A stretch of DNA of 59,136 bases, counting the filler, from Sphacelaria rigidula (taxonomy: Eukaryota), in the NCBI GenBank assembly GCA_964200075.2. It is 10 parts of 10 records of this genome, joined end to end, with 100 filler letters (N's around TTAATTAATTAA, not from the genome) between each part and the next. Parts side by side here need not be neighbours in the genome. Positions count along the whole stretch, not along the records: positions 1 to 5,824 come from CAXNAA020024178.1; positions 5,925 to 11,748 come from CAXNAA020024179.1; 8 more parts are not named here. One strand, given 5' to 3'. A model generated the notes under the pieces. It ran no database searches. It saw nothing but the letters and a program-made list of their open reading frames with translations, and was not told where the DNA came from. Positions within the stretch are counted from its first letter, which is position 1. The number at the start of each line of letters is the position of its first letter. Of this stretch, positions 1 to 11,848 are shown piece after piece. The position numbers were made by a program, and so were the translations under genes.

Positions 1-61
1 CCCTGCTTTGTAGAGATTCCAGGTTTAGGCGCTCCTGACTTTAACATGCCTGCTCCTGCCT

Positions 62-97
62 TCCCCCCCCCCCCCCCCACCTATCGTAGCATGACTC
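62..97. mobile_element. Right TIR of a Sola-like MITE, truncated by the window start
   Basis: C-run followed by CTATCGTAGCATGACTC, the same terminus as the complete copies at 10912-11161 and 16607-16853. Confidence 0.6.
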
Positions 98-1104
98 TAC
101 AGGTGCCCTCATATACAGATGTATACAAACTCGCGTGACGCTTGTGCTACTGTATACAGCTGTAGCCCCCCGTTGAGGTGGTACACTGTAGTGCAAACGG
201 AAATCCACCGTCTTCTGAGTCGGTCTCAGCCTCGAAGTGGATTCGGTTTCACCTATCGGAGGAGTAAGTGGTGCGAGCCGATGTTCGCCCTCGGATGTTG
301 GGAACCTCGCCGCGTGAAGGACCACTTTTGAAGGACTGTCTTGAGGAGGGGCCGCCTCCGAAAAGTGGACCCCCATGAAAAATAAAGACCCGCCTTGGAA
401 AACTCAATGATCGCCTTGCAAAAAAAACCGCTTTGCAAAATGAACCGCCTCGAAAAAGGACCAACTTTAAGAACGATTAAAGTTACCGTCTCCATGTACG
501 AGTCGTCATACTCTATTTGCTTGGTGACCTGCAAGGGTTGTCATTATCTATTTGAATTGAGAGAGGAGTTTGGTGCACCTACTGTGTTTTGGCAGTCACC
601 TGTATCTCAAAGTCATCTGCATAGTACCGCGTGCACGTCGCCCTGTATAGAAGGAGCATGGGGAGCAAGTTGGGATGTCGCAGAAGCACCGACAGTTGTA
701 TTGATTTTGATCGTCGCACATGAGATTATGCCCTGGGGATCCAGCCTACATTTGATAATCACATGATGGACGTAGCCGAGAGAAAACAAAACGTCAACAC
801 TCGCTGTAAACAAGGTGAAGAAACATAAAGGTGAGGCAGACAACGACGAGCAGACTGAAAGAAAGAAACAAAAATAAACAACACAGATAGTAGAGTGCAT
901 ATTTGATCTACTACAAAAATATGGGTAATGCGTCGGCGCCTGACTCGTTCCGCATGCCCGTACGTATCACGGGGTAACTTCCTAATATCGTACTCTACAA
1001 CCGCCATTTCTTTTTCAACCCTTCGAATAACGAGCCCGTGAAACAGTATTTACTGATTCGAAATTTATGGGACTGCGTTTGTTTTGCACCCTTTTTATTA
1101 TTTA

Positions 1105-1653
1105 CCGTAGTGGGCGGTCTAACTATTCATTTTGAGGCATTTTGTGATTTCTTCGCAGTTGGCGATTTTCTTGGGCTCTTTTCGCTTGCCACCACTTATC
1201 ACATTGAGGATCTGAAGATATTTGTACCGCTCCACATTCCAAAGAAAGAAAATCATCTGTACTCGATATTGAGTGACTTACGGACTGACCCGTCATCGGG
1301 GGTGCTGCGACGTTTCAGCCCAGATTCTTACTCTTCGATATTTTCGGCCGATCGAGCCTGTCCCGATCATATATCTAAAAAAATGTGCAGTTTTATTTTC
1401 TTGAAATTTTGCCTACTCATTGCACTAGAGCCGAAAAACCGTGTTTCACGGTCAATAACACCCTCCTGATGAAGGGGATATTTACTTGCTTCGCCCGATA
1501 ACACCAAATAGCACTGACTCGGGCACTGTGTTTTGAGGATGATCTGTTTATTGTACCAAAATCTACCGACGCTGACAATTTCGAGTTCTATCGAAGAGTA
1601 GTACGCGAGGAAAACCTCAAAACCCCGCTGAAAAGTTAGACCGCTCACTACTG
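1105..1653. mobile_element. Tc1/mariner-like MITE family M1, copy 1 (549 bp)
   Basis: TIRs CCGTAGTGGGCGGTCTAACTATTCA ... TGAAAAGTTAGACCGCTCACTACTG; TA on both flanks (1103-1104, 1654-1655); homologous copies at 20158 and 56218. Confidence 0.9.
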
Positions 1654-1839
1654 TATCTCTTTTTATTTCCAAACTCGCCCCCTCCTCCTCCTATGGCATG
1701 CATGATCATGAGTACACCTCTCCTCCTCGGGATGAGTGCGTGGTCTCAAGGGATCATGGGCACATCCTTTCTCCGGCATACGCCTTGAATCAGCACCACC
1801 ATCGGCATCGCGTCAAGTCCCGTCTGTCGAACAAACTCA

Positions 1840-1992
1840 GGGAGAATCTGTTTTCAACGGCGGGAATCAGTTAATTTTCAGAATAAAAGTTGACGTAGAC
1901 GCATCCGGCAGGAATCGAACCCGCTTTTTCCCTCCTGGACAAATGGTGTCAGTTGGATCATTAGACACAATTGTACACCACCGGGGCGCGGC
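1840..1992 (-). mobile_element. tRNA-derived SINE-like element
   Basis: Minus strand starts GCCGCGCCCCGGTGGTGTACAATTG (A-box-like) and contains a B box GGTTCGATTCC; I could not fold an intact cloverleaf; 3' boundary approximate. Confidence 0.5.
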
Positions 1993-2037
1993 AATTCCCA
2001 AAAAAATATCAGCAAAGCAGGAAATACATAAATATCA

Positions 2038-2181
2038 CACCCTGGACAATATGTGGCCGATAGATGCAACAGACATGAAATGTACTGGACAGAGTATAGG
2101 CCTATTGCATCTATTGTCGGTACACTTGACCCAGTACACTTTTTGTGTATTGCATCTTGTGAACATATATCGTACAGGGTG
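2038..2181. mobile_element. Short MITE family M2, copy 1
   Basis: TIR CACCCTGGACAATAT ... ATATATCGTACAGGGTG; related copy at 53802-53972. Confidence 0.65.
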
Positions 2182-2200
2182 TAAATATTGTTATCAGGGT

Positions 2201-2203
<3 letters not shown>

Positions 2204-2236
<33 letters not shown>
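2204..2236. repeat. (TA)n microsatellite
   Basis: About 16 TA units. Confidence 0.95.
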
Positions 2237-2241
<5 letters not shown>

Positions 2242-2599
2242 TATGTGGCTACCCCGCCTTGGTTGTCTATATTAAGATGGTGCACCGATAGCCGGCTGGG
2301 GCCAAAGCTTCAGGGTTCGAATTCAGACAGATACGGTTTTTCGAGCAAAATCTGGGTTCCGTCGTTGGAATCTTGAGGTCGTGAACTGCTCATTGTTCTA
2401 GACGAGAGTCGGTGCGGTGTGGTGCGGGAGTGCGTATCCAATCTGTAATGCCAAAATGTCAGGCTTGTTATGTACCGGGAGAGAGATGCCTCGTTTAACC
2501 CTCGACAATTGATGGTTGATCACTATGAAATGTTACGAATGTACCGGCGGAGGGGTGGGTTGGTTTGGCCGTCGAGGGCATGGGCTCGTGGCAACGACA

Positions 2600-3105
2600 G
2601 GGAGTGTACTCATAATCTTGCATGGCGTAGTCTTATGACCACTGACCTCGCATCCCTACGAAGCCGGGACGAGTCACGCCGAATTTTCGCCGGACCACGC
2701 TTGCAATCAATCACGAACCGCGAAGCGTTGTGATGTGTTCGTCGAGTCGTATGAAGCTTTAGCTGCATCCTTGGACGATTGTTCGGCCCAAAGTCTGAGG
2801 ATTATCTTGCACATGGATGACGGGCTATGATAAGTTGCTTGATTTTCTGGTATCTTCACTTCAACAACCACGAGTTTGCACACTGTCTCGTTCGTGTATT
2901 ACCGCCTAAATATTACGTAGGATGATCGTCCTCTTTGCGCGGAGTTCAGGTTCTCCATTCAGCACAGTGTGATCTAGCACGACCACCATCGTGGTTGCCG
3001 CAACAAAACGCGGGTGGAAAATCCCCCGGTGACCTGGTTGCCTAGCTTACGCAGTGAGAGGCGTGCTTTACAGCGTTGTTGCCTGCCAACCGACGCCAAC
3101 CGTCA
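2600..3105 (+). repeat. Dispersed repeat family R1 (about 500 bp, unclassified)
   Basis: Colinear with 17025-17535 (e.g. GTTGCCTAGCTTACGCAGTGAG, TTTTCGCCGGAC); fragments at about 5930-5990 and, in reverse, at about 1690-1720 and 35545-35590. Confidence 0.8.
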
Positions 3106-3262
3106 CAATAGGGACGTGAGAGAGGGAGAGAAGTTGGAATATGGCAAAAGAGGGGGGAAAGTACGATGCAATGCGTTCGTCGGACCATGCCAAGCCAACC
3201 GCTATCGTGTGGCACGAGTCAATTGACAACCCCGGCGTGCTGTTTGTTCTCTGTGCATGCAG

Positions 3263-3307
3263 GTTTGCGCAGCGATGGATGGAGAAACTCGCGGCATCGA
3301 CGACCAG
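3263..3307 (+). CDS. Internal exon of a uracil phosphoribosyltransferase (UPRTase)-like gene: VCAAMDGETRGIDDQ
   Basis: Pyrimidine-rich acceptor ...GCATGCAG, donor CAG/GTATCA, 45 nt, phase 0-0; spliced to 4978 it gives AAMD...IVPGVGDF, resembling the UPRTase C-terminal AAID...YIVPGLGDFGDRY motif. Confidence 0.65.
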
Positions 3308-4977
3308 GTATCACTGCAAACATTAAAACAGCTCAACAGGACCACGCGCATTTTTTTTGTTTCCCGTTATATCATTGGAGAATGAAACAATGAGACATTG
3401 GGAAGCGAAAGCTTCAACTTGATTCTGTCATCTTGAAAAAGAGGACAGGAACTGCTGTAGATGGAGTCATCGCGTCTTCGTGTATAGTTGACAATTATGA
3501 AACGTAGTTCACGTGGGCGACAGGAATCCCTCAAGTGCCGGTGGACGGAAGTGAACAACTTATGTCGATATTGGTCATTTTTCGCATTATCGCCATGCCT
3601 TTCGGTTGGAGTATGACTTTTGCGAGAGTTGGTGAGCTGTCACTTGAAGTGGCCACGACTGCAGCAACCAAGATTGTTTTTTTCTTGGCGGTGGGTGGGT
3701 GAGGATTTTTGTCACCCTATATTCCTATATTGGAATTCAGCTCGGCGTTTGGCCAGGCGTGGGAGGAGCTCAGCGTCTCCGTTCAAGGAACCGAGTATCC
3801 CCCCCCCCCCCGTCCATGCGATGTGGCGGTGAAGAGTGATCATTTGACAAGGCGCGCGGGCGCGAGGGTGTTCCGATGGCACGTTTCACTGGTTGATTGG
3901 CTTCTTAGTTGATTGATTGTAGTACATCGAGGTGGTCATGATCCACACGATGGACGTACTATACGTGAAGTGAGCAATACGGAGAACACACGCCGAAGAA
4001 AACCCGAGAAGGGAAATAAGCGTATAACATATATGTATAACTACCTATGTATGTGTAAAATTAAGATGAAACACGAAGAGTGAACTGATGTAACGAGAAA
4101 GGAAACGAAACAAAGCGCACTTGCCATGAAGTTGTGTATGGGTGGAGGTGTTGTCGAGCGGTGTAGGTACGTATGTTCTAACACTAGACGCATGAAAATT
4201 TGTTTTGTTGGCTCGAATAGATGCTTCAGAGCGGCCTACTGTGAGAAATGTGGCTCGAACTTCCCCCCTCCCGCTGATCGTTGAATCACTCCGCATACAG
4301 AACAAACGGACTTCGCGCAACAATCCGAACTTATCCTTGAACTGAGTTTGTGATCCACGAGGTTGTAGTTTGAAAAAGATAACAGTAAATTACAATGGTA
4401 GTGACAATCAATAATTCTATTCCTCGACAGTATTGGGTTTGAATACTGGGTGGGGAGATGAGGCCGATGATCCGTTGAGTTTACCGGCTCTTCCCGAGTA
4501 GGGGGAGGGGGATAACGGTACCCCAAAAAGGGTTTCTTGTGGTGAAATTGAATGTTAGACCGAGTACTACTATTTTATGATAATATTGAATATTAGTGTT
4601 CCTACCCATGTTCAACATTGAGTATTGCGTATATATTGATATTGAATGTTTCACACATAGGACAACGCATGACCTACCTGAATAACTGATTCAAGATGAC
4701 TCTCAGATCCGTTGTTGCGACACAACCAAAAAATGTGACCGGAGGGTCAGAGAAGCCAAATGACCTTCGTGCTGCTCCGCGTGGTCGGCGTCCAGAGCTG
4801 TAGGGAGCGAACATGGGAACAGGGGCCCAATGATTTAGATCATGATCCGGAACAGATCACTAACAGAGTAAGTTAGGTCGCTCATGAGCTGTTGACGTGT
4901 GGGTTTAGCATGAATGCCAGAACATGTTAGGACTGATGACAAGAAGTCGTTCTGTTTCGACGACGCCACGACGACAG

Positions 4978-5124
4978 ATCGTTCCCGGCGTGGGTGACTT
5001 TTCGAAGCGATACTCGGAGGCGAAGAAGGCAGTCGAGGAAAAGGAAGCACAGGCGAGGGTAGAGAACGACAAATCCGGTCGACAGTCCGGCAGCCGGTGG
5101 CGATTTTGGCGAAGAGCGGGATAG
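4978..5124 (+). CDS. Terminal exon of the UPRTase-like gene: IVPGVGDFSKRYSEAKKAVEEKEAQARVENDKSGRQSGSRWRFWRRAG*
   Basis: Acceptor ...GACGACAG ending at 4977; IVPGVGDFxxRY matches the UPRTase / uridine-kinase-like C-terminal signature; TAG stop ends at 5124. Confidence 0.7.
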   Translation: MVPGVGDFSKRYSEAKKAVEEKEAQARVENDKSGRQSGSRWRFWRRAG

Positions 5125-5824
5125 ACAGGAGAGAGTGATGGTGGAGATAAAATTATGCTGTGGCGTACTCGTGTTGGGACGGTACACGCGTGTTGTTACT
5201 TGCTACTAGATCCAGCCTGTGTCGGGCACCGAGCCCTTGACACGTGTAGCCGTTTTGGTCAATCGTTCTTGTTATAATGGAAAACATCTCTGTATGAAGA
5301 ATGTTTTTCTCGGAGTGCACGTCGCAGATCCCTGCGATTAGCTTAGGAGGACGTACCCTGAAAAGTTGTCCGCGCAAACATATTACATTTGATTTGTTTT
5401 GTTCGTTGTTTTCTTGTCTTTAGTTCATGACTAGCTTGTAAGCTCACCGCATAGGAGACCCTAACGCACGAATATGTTTGTCTCCTACATTTGTTTTTTC
5501 GGTAGTGTCAGTTTGCATCAGTTTATTGGGGTCCGGGACCCCGAGCGTGCTTGCAATTTTCTGCTTTATACGATGGATGGAAAATTATGAAATACATTAT
5601 GTGTGTTTGTGCTCTGCGCTGACGATCTCGTGTCTCCGGTGGTTTGCAATCTTGGGAAAACTAAAAGTTCCGTTCTTTTGTTATAACAGCAAATTGTGCG
5701 AATTGGGGTTTAACTCCGAGATGAGGTTCAAGCCTACAACAGTGCTTTCCCCACACTTACAGCGATGGTGCTCAATGACGGTTTTGTCGGCCTAATGCCC
5801 CTAGATCGCGTAGATACTTCTTCA

Positions 5825-5924
5825 NNNNNNNNNNNNNNNNNNNNNNNNNNNNNNNNNNNNNNNNNNNNTTAATTAATTAANNNNNNNNNNNNNNNNNNNN
5901 NNNNNNNNNNNNNNNNNNNNNNNN
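5825..5924. other. Artificial contig linker 1 (N44-TTAATTAATTAA-N44)
   Basis: 100-nt spacer containing stop codons in all six frames; the same spacer recurs every 5923-5924 nt. Confidence 0.98.
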
Positions 5925-5999
5925 TACTGCTTATCTCGCATTTGGATGACAGCCTACAATGAGTTGCTTTATTTTTTGGTATCGCCACTTCGGGGGGGG

Positions 6000-7860
6000 G
6001 GGGTTCACACCCCACCCCTCCTTCTCTGGATCGTTGTCATTGCTGTGTTGGCTTCGTTGGTGTCCCGTCCAATCGCACGCAGTCGGCTGGCCTCTTCTTC
6101 ATTTCTGTGCTATGAGGCCATGAACCTCTCCGCTCCCTGCAGCGCTCCCGCGTGTCACCGCAACCTCTCCTCCTTATTCGCTGCTGAGGGCCAGAGGACG
6201 CGGTCAATTCCGAATGTCTGGCGGTTGTCATCCGTAGATCCGTCTGTGGCTCCGAAAGCTTGGAAATCGGTCCTCAGGCGCTTCAGCCAGTTTAGTTCCG
6301 GGCACCCTGGTCCTAGATCCTCCCCCCCGACTATTGTTCCGAATGCTATCCGCTTCGGTAGTCGTCCGTCCGGTTGTCTAGCCAGGGCTCCCGCGAGCAG
6401 CATTCGTCGTTGCCGGACGATGGCTTCGGCACTTCCATCCGGTGTTCTTGAGGACCTGTGCATATGAATGCTGTCGGTGTGTGCCGCACATTCGGCGGTA
6501 CCCGATGACTCGCAGGAGGAGCCGGTGGTGTACCTTTCTCAGCACGTCGTAGTATTCGCGGCGCGGGGCCCACGTCATGCATTCGTATAGTAGGGCCTCC
6601 ATCGCTTCCGCTTTCAGCTGTCGGACCTTGAGCCTCCGCGGTGCTTTCGGTCAGTCAAAGAGCTCCCGGGAGAGCTTCCCGATGCGCGCCCCCGCTGCTC
6701 TGCTCCCATTGTTGATTTCTTGCTTAAGGTCGCCCTCTTCGTCGACGAGCCCGCCCAATTGTCGGAAACTACTTTTCTGGGCGTATTTCTGGCCGGCTGC
6801 TTTGATGATCAGCGGTGAGGGAGATGGTGTTGGTGACTCCCCCTTCTTCGGTGCTTGCCTCGGTACTCGCATCAAGAGAGTCTCCGTCTTCTTCCCCGAT
6901 ACGGTCAGTCCAAAGGCCTTAAACACGTCCACTATGATGGTCATCATCCTAGTACGTTGGGGGATCTCGAGACGACGCCGGCATCGTTGGCATACAGCAT
7001 TCCCCACACCACTCTCCGTACACGTTCCAGCGATGTCTCCACCCCCCTCCCCGTCTCCTCATCGAGATGTACCATGTCCTTAATGACGGTATCGTCCTCG
7101 CTGAATCGAACGAGGACTATGTCGAGCAAAGCCGCGAAGAAGATATTGAACAGTAGGGGAGACAGTACACATCCTTGTCGCAGTCCCTGTGTGACTTCAA
7201 ACCACTCCGAGAGCCCCCCGTCGTCCATGCGTACGCGGACCTGCATATCGCCGTGCAAGTCGCGGATCACTGCTATTATCTCATGCGAAATACCAGCTCG
7301 GGCTAGAACCTGTAAGCTCTCGGTCGACCGAGTCATATGCCTTCTGGAGGTCGACGAAGCACATGTACAGCGGTGTTCTCCGCCGCCGTCCCAACTCTTG
7401 GAGTCGGCGCACTACGAACAGCATGTCGACAGTGGATCGGTCAGGTCGGAAGCCGCACTGTTCCTCCGGTAATATCCCGTGCGCTTCGCAGTAGTCGCTG
7501 AGGCGGTTGGCTACTGTCTTTAGGAGCATTTTCCCTGCGTGCGATACCAGCGAGATCCCCCTGTAGTCATTGCAAATGGACCGGTGCGATTTCTTGTACG
7601 GCACCTTGATCATTGCGTCTTTTCACTCGTGCGGTACCTCCCCTCCATTCAACACCTCGACGAGAATAATATGGAAGCGTTTGCGGACGATGGGTTCGGC
7701 GCGTCCGTCGATCTTGAGTAGCTCCACAGGAAGGCAGTCGTGTCCTGGCGCTTTCCAGTTGTGTATCCCCCGGACTGCTCGTCTGGTTCCCTCCAGTGTT
7801 GGTGCTGCCCCAAGCGGTACTGAATCACCGGTGGTTGAAACTACCGATCGCTGCTTCACC
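6000..7860 (-). mobile_element. Degenerate 5'-truncated non-LTR retrotransposon (RTE-like LINE), RT domain and C-terminus
   Basis: Motifs across frameshifted ORFs: [84 protein letters not shown] (YADD changed to YAND), GLTVSGKKTETL, RLPKRIAFG. Confidence 0.93.
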
Positions 7861-7867
7861 TCTGCTA

Positions 7868-10800
7868 TACGTCACCCATTTATATGTTATGGCGGGCAGT
7901 TTTCACGCACCCAGGGGGGTGGCACACGGGGGGCAAGACATGCTTCTCGTGGGAGTCGGGAAAAGGCTTGCTTGCTAAGCACATCGATGTTGGGGCTCGC
8001 TATCGCTTCATATGGTTCCCAAGTAGAAAAGGAGAGACGCGACAGGTAGAGGCCTTGTTGTCGAGGCGGTCTAACCTGGCGTTCATTGCCGCCCTTCTTG
8101 GGATAGATGTGGAAGTCGAGACGGAGAAAGAGGGTATGCATGCTCGTTGGGGGGAAGTGAACTCGGGATATGTCGCCGAGCTGGGTGGCACACGCGTGAG
8201 AGAGAGAGTGAGGGCGACAGAGAGCTTTACGTACGGAGGACGTCCAGGTTTGGGCTTGTGTCGCTCTGGTTGGTCTACGCGGGGAAGAAGGGGCGATAAA
8301 GGGAGAGGTCTTGCTTACAGAGGACATCGAAATCGACACGTCTTGTGGCCCCTGGTGTTGTAGGCATGGCCGTAGCAATGAATGAGCAGAAGGACATCGA
8401 GGGAAACAAGGTTGGGGTTTGTTGTCGCCCCCGGGGACAGATTTCGTGTATCACCTACGGTATGCCTTGTGGCAGGCAGGTCGTACGTAGGCAGGGGAGG
8501 GGGGGGGCGGGGGACTAAACGTGCTTGCGGAGGGAGTCGGGAAAGGGGAAAGGTTTGCTAGCTCGGGGCTTGTTGTCGTGCTGGGTAGGACATGCTTGAG
8601 AGCGGAAGTGAGGGTGGCAAAGGGCTTTGCGTGTGGCGGAAGTCAATATTCGGGCTTGCAGTCGGTCTGGTTGGTCCATAAGATGAAGAAGGGGCGGGAA
8701 AGGGAGGAAACTTGCTTGTAGAGGAGGTCGAAATCGGCTCGTCTTATCGCCTGTAGAGTCTGGGCACCATTGTTACCTAGGTTAGGTATACGAACGGAGT
8801 CGGGACGACGTGTATCAGGCACCTTGACGGTGGGTTGATATATCGTGGGTCTACGAATATGATCGGCGGACCCCGTAAATCTCCCATTTCGATTGTATCG
8901 AGCCGTCTGCCGTCTCCGGAGGAGAAGCATGGGTTGCTGCTGTCCGGTATAGCGAACAACTAAGGTTAATGTATGAATAACTACAGCTGCTACAGTCTAC
9001 GTGCCCAGAATGAGAGGAGCCCACGTAGCTGTCTGGTCATGAGTGCAGAGCTCAATAATGCACGATTTGTTACGTCCGCAAAATAACGGCCGACACATGA
9101 CAAGGATAACTCTGCAGGCCTAATCAGCTCGCAGTAGACAAAACCAGCCCAAGGCGTGTCTACGTCGGTGGGGGCTGGCAGGGGCCGAGTCGAGGAGGTT
9201 CTGAGGTAGTGCTAGGGTGAGCTGTGGCATCGCTCGCGCAGGGCGCCCGGGGTTGACGAACAGCTGGGATGCCCCAATAGCTCACCAATAACGCAGCGCA
9301 GCGCAAATACTGCGTGCGTGCGACGGGAGGATCGCGCGAGGGCTGCTTCAAGGTTAGCCAGCCGCGATAGAGAAGAGGAGTCTAAGGACTTCAAGGCGTG
9401 GTGAGAGCGTCGTGAGGAACAGGTGCTGTGGTGGTCATTGTATTGTGGCAAAGCGCATCTCGGTGCACCGGGAAGAATAGTTATTGTTTCTGTGATTAGG
9501 AAGCAACGCCGGTTTTCTGGAAACTCCATCGAGGTAGCGGCAACGCTTGTTTGACTGTTTAAAGTGACAAGGTGCAGTGATAAGCCGCCATCGAAGATCG
9601 TGTTGTCCGTGTGTGTCGTTATCGATGGTCGTGTTGTCCGTGTACGGGTGCTCGATACGCCACACTATGGTCAATGATAGTGGAGGTCGCGGTTCGTTTG
9701 CCGTCGTTGTTGGGTTGTTATGCATGGCCTGAATAGCGGCCCGTATCACTCTTGGCTTTTTTTCTTGTTGTCTTCATGAGTTGATTGGCGAGATAAAGCT
9801 TTGCAGCTTTCATGAAGCATACGTTTTCGCGGAGTTGAACTAGGGAGAGACCAGCTTCGTTTCGGACGTGTTGGATGCCCATTTCATCTCAGTTTCAGGA
9901 TACATCGTTTAGCTGTTGTACTTCGTTGCGCACATTTTGAACGTGCAAAAGTGCATTTTGCATGTTCGAAGGTACCTTGTTCAGAATGAGAGACGAATAG
10001 TCATGAATGCCTTGAAAATTGATGTTCATTGGCGTTCGAGGTTTTCCTTGCTGGTTTGAAGTTAAGATGCTTGTTTTGGGCAAGGACTTGGAACTTTGAG
10101 GTGAGCTATCGCTCCGTGACTCGGAGTGGAGAAGGTCTCAAGACGCTCGCAGGACTGGTTGTTCATGGTGAGTGTTTTGGATCTCTTGCCAGTTGTTCGG
10201 CATGTGGACAAGCTTGTATGAAAAGCTATTATCGTATACAGCAGCAGGGATTGCGCATATGTGTGGAAAATGACGGCTCTACAAGGCACAGACGATGTCT
10301 GAGCTTGTCAAACTCTAATTTGACTATTTGTCGGTAGTATGCGAGCTTTGGGTCTGCTGTAATCTTTGGCCAGCTTTGGTACCTAGGATAGGTACACCAA
10401 TGCAGCTGGGACAATGTATAGTAAGCAATTTTAAGGCTGGTTGATGGATCACGGGTCTACGAGTATGATCGGTGGGCTCCGTGAATGTTCAGTATCGATG
10501 GTCTGAAGCTGTTTGGTCACTCCGGGGAGAAATAGCATGTGTTGCTGCTATCCAGTGTAATGAACAGCTAAGCTCTCTGTATGAATAACTGTAGCTGCTG
10601 CAGTCTTTGTGCCCAGAATGGAGGAGTCCACGTAGCTGTCTGGTCTTGAGTGCAGAATCCTGTGCGCTCCGCGTGTTGTGTGCATCGGAGCGGAAGTGGA
10701 TGAGCAGAAGGGCATGGAGGGAGACGCGGTTCGGATTTGTCATTGCCCTGGGGGATACACGGCGTGTATCACCCATGGTATGCCTTGTGGCAGGCGGGTT

Positions 10801-11748
10801 CTACATAGGCAGTGGGGCCGGAAACGTGGGGCGGGTGGGCTTGTGGAGGAAGTCGGGAAAAGAAAAAGGCTTTCTCGCTCGCGATTGGACGCTCAGCAGC
10901 GTGGTACAGAGGAGTCATGCTACGGTCGGGTGGGGTGTTTTTGGCCGTTTTCTTCCACGAAATTCTACTTGCAATCGTCGTTAATAGTAGCAACGGTAGT
11001 TCGAAGGCGCTTGCTTCCGGTCTGTAACGCTCACTCATACTGTTTGGCATCGCTTTTACCCAAATACAAGCGCACCGCGTGTGTGTTGGATCGTCTGATG
11101 CACCCATGAGCCCATTTTTTCGTGGAATCGAACACCCCCCCCCCCCATCGTAGCATGACTCAGAGGGGGAATGAGGGCGCCACAGGGCTTTGCGCGTGGA
11201 GGAAGTCAGGGTTCGGGCTTGTGTCGCTCTGGTTGATCCACGCGGGGAAGAAGGGGCGGGAAATGGAGGGGGCTTCCTTGTAGAGGACATCGAAATCAAA
11301 GTCTTGCGCGCCCCGGTGTTGTACGCGTGGGAGTGAGGGCGGATGGGCAGGATGGCATAGAGGGAGACGAGGTTTGGATCATATATCGCCCTGGGGGATA
11401 GATGCCGTGTATCACCTACCACACGCCTTGTGGCGGACGGGTTCTACGTACGCAGAGAGGTGGGAAACGGGGGGTAGGGTGTGCTTACTGAGCACGTCGA
11501 GATATCGGCTGGTTGTCGCCTCGTGTGATGCACGAGTGGAAGTGGGGACACGGCAGGCAGAAGGCTTATTGTTGAGGCGGTCAAAATCGTATTCATGGAT
11601 GCCCTTCTTGGGATAGACGTGAGAACCGAGGCAAGGGAAGGGGAACGATTTGCTCGTTGTGGGAAGCGAACTTTAGATTTGTCTAGAGCCGAAGCTTTCA
11701 GGAGCAGGGCGGCGCGTGTACTGCGCCAAGTTGATAGGGGGTTTTAGT
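7868..11748 (-). mobile_element. Unclassified decayed element: internally repeated peptide-coding units plus a possible Penelope-like N-terminal segment (about 9400-10450)
   Basis: Units related to TATCACCYAYGGTATGCCTTGTGGCAGGC at about 7868, 8449, 10767 and 11410; block 8845-9050 duplicated at 10450-10660; repeated peptides FDVLYKE/FDLLYKQ/IDVLSKQ/LDVLSKH; many stops and frameshifts. Confidence 0.5.
10912..11161. mobile_element. Sola-like MITE (250 bp) with 4-bp TSD AGAG
   Basis: TIR GAGTCATGCTACG ... CGTAGCATGACTC; AGAG at 10908-10911 and 11162-11165; interior colinear with 16607-16853. Confidence 0.85.
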
Positions 11749-11848
11749 NNNNNNNNNNNNNNNNNNNNNNNNNNNNNNNNNNNNNNNNNNNNTTAATTAA
11801 TTAANNNNNNNNNNNNNNNNNNNNNNNNNNNNNNNNNNNNNNNNNNNN
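11749..11848. other. Artificial contig linker 2
   Basis: Same N44-TTAATTAATTAA-N44 spacer. Confidence 0.98.

Noticed and set aside
5869..5880. Periodic TTAATTAATTAA motif as a biological element
   Set aside because: Always centred in N runs; a standard six-frame-stop joining linker
7868..11748. Hammerhead ribozyme / retrozyme in the Penelope-like region
   Set aside because: No CTGANGA...GAAA core with supporting stems found by eye; a covariance-model scan would be needed to exclude it
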